A DNA stretch of 64,000 nt from Octopus vulgaris (lineage: Eukaryota), in NCBI GenBank assembly GCA_951406725.2, contig OX597815.1, positions 97,650,001 to 97,714,000 of the forward strand, in the 5' to 3' direction. The stretch's first letter is position 1; every line of letters starts with the position of its first letter. A program made the translations under genes and the position numbers. The notes below the pieces were generated by a model. The model did no database searches. It worked only from the letters and a program-made list of their open reading frames with translations, and had not been told where the DNA came from. Below, piece by piece: positions 53,816-64,000 of this stretch.

Positions 53816-54257
53816 GTATGTTTTTCTTTACAATTTTATAATTTTATTGTATACGTTCATTTATATCATATTTCATAATCAAAAAAAAAATAATCGTATC
53901 TATTTTACGAACGTCCACATTTATCGTCCTAATTATCAATCAGGACAAACTTATAAACATCACTCTCTATATATATCTTTATCTCTCTCTCCCTCTCTCT
54001 CCCTCTCTCTGGCCCTCTCAACAGTCCTTCAGTGAAGAGGTTATTATAAGAGAGGGTCATTGAGACGATTCAATATTGGTTTATTCATTGAAGGTTCGAC
54101 GCTACACAACTTTCCGTTGGAACTGCATTGATTACCTAATCAAAGACATGTATCTCTGTCTTGTTATCCAGTTAACATTTTGATAATATAAGTTCGTGCA
54201 TATCAATATATCTATATCTCTATTGTCATCTATCTTGCTAGCTGGCTGTTTTTTCTG

Positions 54258-54307
<50 letters not shown>

Positions 54308-54310
<3 letters not shown>

Positions 54311-54615
54311 CCAGACCATGAATTCATATACATACCAATAATATTTGGAGCACAAGGTTTTGTTAGTAAATGCTTAAGGGAGAATCTGGATAAACTGGGA
54401 TTTCTAGAAAGAGAAGTTAACCGGCTGATTCGTACATTAAGTCCACTCTCTGAGTTGAACAGTAAAAATATGCATGACCTTTCTGAAGTTTCAAATATGA
54501 ATTTGTCTGTGTTAAGTACATCCCAAAGATGAAGGCTTGTATCTTTGTTGAAAACCGGTTCCCTCTTCAGTGGAAGATATATAATAATAAAAACATAGAA
54601 GATACAAGCATACAT
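54308..54615 (+). mobile_element. R4/Dong-like RLE LINE 3' end, same family as 1-340
   Basis: tatccagaccatgaattcatatacataccaataatatttggagcacaagg...gtggaagat aligns by eye with 38-312 and starts immediately after (TACA)n. Confidence 0.75.
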
Positions 54616-54617
54616 AA

Positions 54618-54776
54618 TTAGGGTCCAGGGATATGTAACACACTGCTTAAATACCAGTGTTAAGTAATTAGGCTTCTCAAACCCAGAAAGGAGAATGCTA
54701 ATTCGAAGTCTACAGACTCAATCCATCATTGGAACTGTAAACATCTGTAAACGTTTCCACAAGTTTATCATTTAAA
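54618..54776 (+). mobile_element. Second RLE LINE C-terminal fragment, diverged subfamily
   Basis: GYVTHCLNTSVK*LGFSNPERRMLIRSLQTQSIIGTVNICKRFHKFII*. Confidence 0.65.
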
Positions 54777-54780
54777 TATA

Positions 54781-55305
54781 CAGGGGTTGGAAAAAATAAT
54801 GGAAACACCGTAAAATTTCAAACAAATTTAGGACACCCTTTGGCAGTAATTACAGATTGAATTCTACGAGGTATGAACTCGTACAAAGTTTTAATTGTTT
54901 CTAAAAGAATTTTTGTCCATTCTTCTGCTAAAACAGTCGCCAGTTCTTGTAATGATGATGACTCCTTACTTGCTTTTCTAAAATTCACCATAAATATTCA
55001 ATAATATTGAGATCTGGGGACTGTGGTGGCCAGATATGATGTTCAACTGCACTAAAATGTTCCTCGTGCCATTCAGTAACAACTTTAGCTGTGTGAATTG
55101 GTGCATTATCATCCTGAAAGTTTGCATTTCCCTCCGGAAACAGGTCCACAAACATCGGAAGAAATTTGATCAGATATAATGCTTCAATAGTCTTCAATAT
55201 TAATTCTGCCATGAATGAAAACAATTGGGCCGGCGGATTTCGAAGATATAGCCCCGTAGATCATCACGGATCTTCCTCCGTTTTTAACAGTTGGAAGAAG
55301 AGATA
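54781..55305 (-). mobile_element. Truncated Tc1-like copy, same family as 37952
   Basis: TA|caggggttggaaaaaataatggaaacac TIR and [12 protein letters not shown]...[15 protein letters not shown] (DD34E catalytic region). Confidence 0.92.
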
Positions 55306-55314
55306 ATTGACTTT

Positions 55315-55575
55315 ACAAAACCAAATGATGAAAAAGTCAATATGAGAGCTATAGAGAAAACGGTAAAATAGCTATTGAGTTACAAAGACAACAGAAAATG
55401 CGAGTAAAATGTAATCCTATAGTTATAGGTGTTTTAAGAGCTATCCCTAAAGATTTGAACAAATTGATAGAGGAAATAGGCATAAAACCTAGCATAGTAC
55501 TACTTTAGATAACAGTGTTATTAGAGACCGACAGGAGGCTTGTCGGTATCTAAGGTTACTTATTGTAGCCCGCCG
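55315..55575 (+). mobile_element. R4/Dong-like RLE C-terminal fragment
   Basis: AIELQRQQKMRVKCNPIVIGVLRAIPKDLNKLIEEIGIKPSIVLL*ITVLLET. Confidence 0.65.
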
Positions 55576-56205
55576 TAAGGAATATTTTTTCCAACAATTT
55601 AATCTGTTGGGCGTATCCGAAGTAATAACAATATAGTGTAAATATTTATTGCTTTTACTGGTTTTCGCGTACACTGATAATCAGGAAACTCGGAGTGTGA
55701 GTATGCAATGAATGACGCACAAAATTCAAAGAACTGAGAGTTGCAACACAAAATCAAATTTTATGAAAGACTGATCACACAAAATCAAACTGAAGACAAG
55801 TCAATCAATCGGTCGACCTCTATCATTATGTATGTTTCAAATATAATAGCTTTCGTTTTTTTGCTACAAGAAACTTAGTGTTAGTTGTTGATTGGTCAGT
55901 AAATCTAGGAATTTGTGTTTCTGATCTAATATCCAATACTTATTGCATTTCCAGAACTTCGGCGAAATCAATAAATAAGCAATTCAAAAACATTATAAAA
56001 GAATTTTATTATTTTGTCGTGTATCAAGAACAATATATGATCTCACAAAACTTATAGCTGTTTGAAGTTCGAGAGAAAGTTTATTTCTATTTCTATATTT
56101 TTATTAGCAAGTCTTACAACACAAGTAAAATGAAAAAGTAACTTCAGTTTAATCGAATTTATCGTTTTACAAGTAAATATATTTGGGAATTTATGTAATA
56201 TTGCG

Positions 56206-56285
<80 letters not shown>

Positions 56286-56347
56286 CAGACAGACAGACAT
56301 GGATATATATATTGATATATATATTATGTACATATAGATTGTTATTT

Positions 56348-56545
56348 TATTCTTTTACTTCACTCAGTCATTTGTCTGCGGCCATGCTTGAGCACCGCCT
56401 TTAGTCGAGGAAATAGACCCCAGGATTTATTCTTTTGTTCTCTTTTGTTGAAGCGTTAAGTTACGGGGACGTAAAGGCACCACCATCGGTTGTCAAGCGA
56501 TGATGGAGGGACAAACACAGAAACACAAACATATACAAACACACA
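56348..56545 (-). mobile_element. SINE family A, 3' half
   Basis: cagtcatttgtctgcggccatgcttgagcaccgcctttagtcga...catcggttgtcaagcgatg. Confidence 0.82.
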
Positions 56546-56653
56546 TCTATGCACTGACTCCTGTCATTTAAGAAGTCATGCAACCACTCTCCAATTTCCT
56601 AGTTATGCCGAGTCTCCATAGTTTGTGACATATCAACACATGATATTTAGATA

Positions 56654-57573
56654 TCATGTTGTAACAGATACAAATGAGAATGACAGCCCCACGATTGACC
56701 AAGAGTCGGGAGTCGAGAATCAATCAAACCCACTTAACACAGAAATGACCTTGGACATCAGTACATGATATTTAAATGCAGAGAATTGCTCTGCATTTAA
56801 ATTGATGTAATGATTGCGGCGGATATGTTGTTGCACATAACGATATTTCCTTTTCAAATCATCATACAGCAGTGCGAGGCTAGGTTTTTCATCATATGTA
56901 GCACATTTCTATCGCTTTTTTATGCTGGTCTTTTCCTTCCTCAACTGTTTCATTTTCCTGATCCTCCTGTTTGGTCCACACTTTCCTTTCGCTAATCAGA
57001 TACTCTCTTTCACTCCAAATAATTCCTTTCCTGTATCGTAAATTGAGTTTGTTAATTTTCCCAGTTTCTCTCCTGCAGAGCCTGTCATTTTGTAAAGAGC
57101 TCGACATACCTTGTTTCCAAACTCTCTATATTTCCCTTTCCCATTATCAGTCATTTTAATCTGTCATTTTGATAAAATATCGGTCGGTTTCCTCCGAGTA
57201 CTATCTGATGCACCAGTTTCATAATTTGCAGTTTCCTGACGGGAAGAGGTATTTGCTGTAACATTTATCGATCTGCTGTAATTTGAGTCCGGAGATGATT
57301 TGCTACCTGTTTTACGATCCGATCAGATGATCCACACTGCTCTGTCATCTTCTCATAAGTATTTTCCTGATGCATCTTCAAGCCATACACAGTTGCAAAG
57401 GTGCTACAGCACAGCTTGCATCCAAAGTTATTCGCCCTTCGTTCGCTGTTCGAATGAATAGCCGTAGTCATATCGAAGGCCATTTCCGTGTTAACTGTAT
57501 TTGATTGATTCTCGACCCCTGCCTCTCGGTCAATCGTGGGGCTGTCATTCTCATTCGTATTTGTTACAACATA
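56654..57573. mobile_element. LINE-like 5' fragment with a zinc-finger remnant bracketed by an inverted repeat of about 105 bp
   Basis: Arms at about 56654-56760 and 57470-57573 (gagaatgacagccccacgattgacc / ggtcaatcgtggggctgtcattctc). The minus-strand ORF 57483-57265 contains CKLCCSTFATVYGLKMHQ, which is C2H2-like. Confidence 0.55.
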
Positions 57574-60500
57574 TTACAAAGGCGAGAAATGCAAGTCCGC
57601 CAGTCTTTCCTGGTGTCGATAGTCTTTCCTATTGTCCACTCGTCCTTCCGAGTCGTCCTCTTGTCTTCCCAAGATGCCTAACCGTCTTTCTGGTCTGTCA
57701 ATGGCTACCTTCCTCAAGGTCTTAGATGTCTTGCAAACAACTTGCATATGCAAGTGCTACCAGTCGAGAACTCCGCATACTGGAAACCAGCAAGTATATG
57801 GGGTCATCAGGAGAGAATGCGCGCGGTTTCGGAGCCTACCTCTTGACAGCATCAATTGTTCGTAAATACCAAACTGTTTCTGTAAAGATACTGTAAAGAT
57901 ACTTCCAAAAGAACTATGAACGAGCCTATCTCTCCTATTCGTTTAATTTCGTATGCCAGTGTAAAATGCAGCACTTTGGAGATAATCTACATAGTTATTT
58001 TAACGCTGTTACCTAGAGATTAGAGATGCAATATTTGGACAAGTTCCAAGTAAATACTTTTGCAATTATTCCAAATGTTCAATAAGCTTTGCGCAACTAG
58101 GATGCTAATTTCAGAATAACGGATTGTAAAGTTATTAAATTCACTGTCAAGTGTCATATATCTTAATGCCCAGCTACTGAACCCTCAGCAAGTAATTAAC
58201 CTTCCGTGGATTTGCTTCGTAGGCGATGCAGAGCAACGCTTTAGTGAAAAATGATTTCAGCGTTTTGAATGGTTTCCTGTTTGCGTAATAACAAAACATT
58301 TAAGTCGGGAATTTTTCTCTGGAACAGTGTGGTATATATATTTTTTGTGGGGTGGGGACAGTAACATAACTGCTGCATTTAGTTTATTCGTATATGGTAT
58401 TTAGGACTTAGTGAAGTGCATGCACGTCTTAGCATACTTTTAGTATCTCTTATACAGTACATCACATCTGTTGATTGCATATTTTTCTGTACGATAAATG
58501 AAATTTTGAATATCAAAGGTATTCACTTAGTAGTCGTTTATCATTCTCCACTTTATATTGCAAATGACAACTAAAGTAACGCATCGACCTGCCAAAATTT
58601 CACTTTGGTCTATTCAAAACCACCTAAAACGGCCACAGTACTGTTTTGTCGGCATCCTTTCAATGTTTGAATTGTGAAGGTCTTTGCAGAATGAGAAATA
58701 TATAATTCTAAATCTTGTCCTGAACTTTTACAAGTCTAATAACTTGTCCTGTACTTTTTCAGATTTAAAATCTTAAGAATATTATCTCCCTTGCTCGCAG
58801 TTTCCCATCTAATCCATGTTTTTTTACACGCTCTGCTATTATTGTAAGTAATAATGTGTTAATGTGTCCATTAGCGGTGTCGTTGATAATTTTTTCCTTA
58901 CCCCAATGATACCGGTGACATATTTTAAAAGTCCCTTATAGAACTATGCTCATAAAAAAGTACAGAACTATACCGTCAAATTCGAGAGACAAATACTCAT
59001 AATTTTTTTTCTTTTAAAACTTCATTGCATGAGATTGATACCATGATATTCTTTGAATTGAGCTCTATCATTTAAGCTTCGTTAAAATATAGTTTGTTCT
59101 TAAAATAAATTATACTTACATCCAATTTTTTTGCTTTTTTTCATATTTTACATCACCAACTTTTATACAATTTTTTGTTGCTTGGAGCTAAATCTATGAC
59201 AATATCCATGTTTTCTTCTATCATTGAAGCTATGATAAACACATTTTGCTTTTGAAATAACAAAAAGTTATTTAGATCTAAACTTGATTAGTGGCGTTAC
59301 TTACTCTCCTATAACGTTGCTACAAATTTTGATGTAAACTTTTTTCTACTGGACCAAATCTCAATCGTTTTATGCCAAAATATAGCTATATACCAGTTCT
59401 TTTCAAAAGTATTAACGGTTTTCAATTTGGTTATGAACTGAATTAGCGACAAACTCTGAAAATGCTACTTTTGAGTAAATTGCGACCTTAAGAATATTAT
59501 TCAACTACTACCGTAATTGAATGATAAATACGAGCCAGCAAAACTAGTATATACACGCAGATATATCAACTATCCGTGTTTGTTAGGCATGATCGTTGTT
59601 AGGAAGTAACTAGCATAAGAACAGTGTGGCATCATATTTGTGACTTCTATGCGAAATTCATTCAAACAACGTACAGAATATATTAAAAGTCATAGTTTCT
59701 AATTTACGCGTATCTTTTTCAAACGTCCGGACGAAACTCTTGAATTTATCTTTCTGGGTGCAACTCATTTTATCGTCCTACGAAGAATGAAGGGTAGACT
59801 CCACCTCGTTCTCATTCGAATTTAAAACAAAAAGTAGTGCAAGAGGTTACCGAGAGGCATATTGTTTTCCTGTCTGGGACAGGCAATCCTTAAAATAAAG
59901 AGTAAATCTCACAATTGCTGCATTCAATTATTTTTCACTAAATTATAAATTTCCCTATAAAACGGTCAATGCTATGATGACTAAATACTCCTTAGCTAAA
60001 TCCCAGATGAGTTGACAATATTTCATGACGTTTGTGTATTCTAAAGTTGAAATTTAATTTATAGAATCTAAATGGAAACATTCAACATATCTGAAGGAAC
60101 GTCTATGCGAATACTTATAAAAATATTAATATATTTTCGAAAATCAAGCAGAGCTGTTGCTTCTCATAATTTAATTAGTATTTTACCATTGTATTACGAT
60201 TCAGCTGATTCTGTTTTTCTTCTTTTAATGTTTATCAGGAAATGGCTTTCCTGCTTTACGAAGCACTATATTTTCCTTCGGGGTAAACAAAAGATATAAT
60301 TTTCCACACTTTCAAACTGCAATTTTCTGTTCTAGCATTCATGTCATCTTTTGTCTATTTACGGGTGAATATTTCCAGATTATGTCTAATACAAGAAAAA
60401 TGTTGCCTAACATAATTTAAACATTTGTTCGGTTTCATAAAATAAGATATGTTGAGCAAAACCTTCTAGTACTCTGTGTATAATCGTCACAGCTGACAAG

Positions 60501-60749
60501 TCGTTAATGTGTCTTCGCCGAATGATCAATGTTTCAACTTCGAAGAGCATTCTTATGGCTGATATTGTGCAAATTGTATTGTCAAATGCAATCAATGTTG
60601 TCGCCCAAAGCACTTGATAAAGAAAATTTTCCAGTACCCCCTAAAGATAGCTATGAATGTCGGAATTTAGCACATTATGAATGAATATGAATTGTATTAG
60701 TCTTTTGTCTCATGTTGTGAAAAAAGAAATACATCATATTTCTCATATT

Positions 60750-60945
60750 CCTTTCTACTATAGAAAGTAGAGAAGGTGATAGTCGATTACATCGATGCCA
60801 GAGCTTTACTGGTACTTATTTTATCTACCTCGAAAGGATGAAAGACAAAGTCGACCTCAGCGGAATTTGAACTTGAACGTAATGATGAACAAAATATCGC
60901 TGAGCATTTTGCCGGGCGTGTTAACGATCTTGCCAGCTCGGCACC
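60750..60945 (-). mobile_element. CORE-type SINE, family C
   Basis: actggtacttattttatctacctcgaaaggatgaaagacaaagtcgacctcagcggaatttgaac...ttttgccgggcgtgttaacgat. Confidence 0.78.
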
Positions 60946-61465
60946 CTAATCAGGTTTCTCATACGAACTATGGGAGTACATATAAGACACGTTCCAGTTT
61001 ATTTTTTCTCTAATAATCCAGTAAATTCTTCAGCTCAAATGTTACTAGAGAGACAAAGAGGAGATAAGGAATGAGAGAATGATAAAAAATTCGATAAAAC
61101 GTGAATGTTAGAAATACATCACCTCAACCTATTTTACCATTTTAGGAATTACGTCATTTTTCAAGAAACAACGGAAGCAGTAGTTTAACAGAAAAAGTAG
61201 AGTGTCGACTAAACTGCCTAATAATATTTTGTTTCTAAGTTTCTTGTCCTAATTTCAAATATCATCGATATCGAATTTTTTGCATCCATCCTATGTCCGA
61301 TTCAATGAGCACAAACTTTGTAAAAGAATGTATTCGATCGACTGTCGTCCTCCTCCTTCTCCTCTATATATTGTGCAATTATAAGAAATCAATATTAACG
61401 AAACAAAACTCACATGTAACACCTCTCCGTTCTGATCTGTTAGATCTGACAGTAAGTATGTTCTT

Positions 61466-61517
<52 letters not shown>

Positions 61518-61768
61518 AAGAAATCAATCATGAGTAAATTTATAACATTTTTTGAAATTTAAACACAAACTACAAAGGAAACACATACAGCATGTTAAGA
61601 ATTGCACATAACAGTATGGCAGTATGATGCTTCAAAAAGTAATGTTTATCATCCTAGCTTGTATGAGAAATGAATAAAAAAAATATGGAGACTGTATTTG
61701 GCTTTGTAACTATATTTTGACGATGGGCGTGGAGAATTTAATTATTAAATTTCAATGTAGAATTTTAC

Positions 61769-61803
<35 letters not shown>

Positions 61804-64000
61804 TACCAGTTAAGCAGCACGTTCACTCAGACAGGAAAAATTGGTATTTTTGTTGATTTTGTTCGACTCCATCACATACTCAAAAGGGTAGACTTCTCAA
61901 CAAAGACTTTCGAAGCATAGTTATCACGTTCTTCAGAAGTCATATACCTTGGACTTCAGTAAAAGAAAAAAGGTGTATACTTTTAAAGACGTTTGGTGCT
62001 ACTTGAGAGAGTGTTCACTAAAATTTTACAAGGACGAGCTATGTTGACGAAGACTCCTTCGTTCCACATCATTGATGTTCTTAAGGAAGGTAGCTAGGCA
62101 TTGCTGATTCTTAGGGACGGTAGGTAACTATAGCTGACTTTATCATTCAAGATCATTTTCAAAAAATGTATTACGTTATGGTAGTTTTAGAATATATATT
62201 TGGTAATAAAACCTGCGTGTAAAAAAAATCGGAATAAAGATTCTGTAAGGAATACAAGCAAAATATAGCTGGATATAATGGACTGAAGAAGGACAGATTG
62301 TTACTTTCCCACTAGTTTCTCTACTTATCAAGAAACTGTACGTCATTCTTCAGTCAGTCTATTTCTACTTATATTGTTCTGTTTTTTTCTTGGAATTAAG
62401 AATATACAGATATTCATGATAGATATTTAAAGGTGGCTTAAAAGTCAGAAATGGCATTTGTGAAGCTGTATACCATTATAGAGTTTAGCCCGAGGGACAT
62501 AATTTACGTGGCGCGAAATAAATTCTTACCATATTCAATAATAAAAGCATAATATTATAAGGAGTCATTAATAAATTTAAATTTATAAATATGATAAAAT
62601 AGATTAAGCTACAGAGAAAATGTTTTGTTTTGTGTAATTAACATCTAGAAGAGAGGGGATGTTTGGAAATGAGATATGAACATATTGATTTAAGTGTCTC
62701 ATCTAAACAGGTGTATGGTTAAGCTGAATTGTTTCAAAATAATACAAAAAAATAGACATTTCAATACAGAAATTTACAGACAACAACACATCAGCTAGTT
62801 AAGCAGAGCTCGAAGGATATCTCGATCGATAGACATGGTTAATGTTGTTTTGGCATGTTCGACTGGACTGCCCTAACAACAAACGCATTCTAATCACAGC
62901 CATAACGGCTTTCAGGAACTATGTTACCTTCGACTACATTAACCAATGCATAATGCTTTAAAGCCGTTTAGCATGACTGAAGAGGGATTTGTTAAAAGAT
63001 TGCTTTTAAATTAAATTAATACATCTCATTAATTAAACAGAAAGGGCAGATTAATGAGGTACAGCTAAAATGTATTGAAGCACTAAGGATTAATTCAAAT
63101 CTATAGATGTACGAAATACATAAAATCTGGAATATGAAGACAGTGTTGCTTCAAGCATCTTCCTGAATTAATTTGGATTAAAGAGGTAAAATGGCAATAT
63201 TGAACTATTAATCAAGGAGGTTAGAATATTGGAGTAAGAAAATATTAATAAAGGAATTTAATCAAAAACGTTGTGTGAATATTTTTTTAAGAAGACATCA
63301 CAAATAAGGGACATAAAGCATATACGTGGCAGTAGAAGATTAGTACATATTTATTAAGGAGTTGTAATGACATGTATTAAAACAACTTTGATTAATTTAA
63401 ATCTAGGAGTGTGCGTCACGCAGAATACAAGGCAGTCGAGCAAAATTTAATGATTTTTGCATATCTCCCTTTCGTTTATTTTTTTTTCGGAAACGGTTTG
63501 GTGTATTGGTGAACAGCCAACGACGTTGGTGAGCATAAAGAGTAAAATTGTTAATGTCAAACACTTAATTAATGTGGAGGACTAGAGGCTATCTGAACAT
63601 TGGAAAAGAGTTGCTTGTATCATGATGATTCCAAATGTATCAAGTTGCCGACATCATGACTACTCACAATGCTTGTGAACAATGTAAAGGCTGTAAAACG
63701 TGAAGTGGATAACTGCAACGGAAAATATGAAGCCAGCAAGAAAGGACACGGCAGACGTTCTGACTTCGTTCGCACGCTGGGCTCTTCCCTACATATATGA
63801 ACAGGGCCTTAGACCCACTTCAGACGGCTAAATGAAACTGCTGTAGACTATGGTGAAATCCTGACAGAAGAGGGTTGCTGCTAGATGACCATATATGTGA
63901 CAGGAGGATTCGGCTCCTTACCATATCTCTGGAAAGAGTCAGAAGTGGTTGTAACAGCATTTCCAGAACTTCACCAGCCCCAATTTCTTGCCTCATAATT

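Noticed and set aside
62281-62355. GACTGAAGAA/TTCTTCAGTC hairpin containing CTGAAGA and GAAA
   Set aside because: The putative core is sequestered in the stem and no stem II or stem I geometry fits; probably a chance 10-bp inverted repeat.
53816-64000. Next iGluR exon (end of S2 and M4)
   Set aside because: No matching peptide (e.g. ..ILQLQE.G.L..LK.KWW) found by eye; probably beyond the window.
63500-64000. Higher-GC segment, possibly a decayed LINE
   Set aside because: No motif could be recognised with confidence.

Overview
AT-rich, microsatellite-dense eukaryotic DNA whose SINE families and repeat landscape point to a coleoid cephalopod, most likely Octopus (inference). The whole window appears to lie inside one + strand gene, a kainate-like ionotropic glutamate receptor subunit. 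Three internal exons splice in frame: 6103-6283 (M1-M2 pore loop), 45313-45530 (M3 with SYTANLAAF, start of S2) and 53590-53815 (S2), separated by introns of about 39 kb and 8 kb. The Q/R site codon is CGG (Arg) in the DNA, i.e. the 'edited' state is genome-encoded. The introns contain tRNA-derived SINEs, Tc1/mariner relics, CR1/L2-like and R4/Dong-like LINE fragments and Penelope-like element (PLE) remnants. They also contain several minimal type I hammerhead-ribozyme-like motifs with non-canonical cores and a series of long inverted repeats. The most striking is a 143-bp near-perfect hairpin with a hammerhead at its apex. Nearly all ORFs in the supplied track are microsatellite artefacts. 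All alignments and folds were done by eye; repeat boundaries are approximate.
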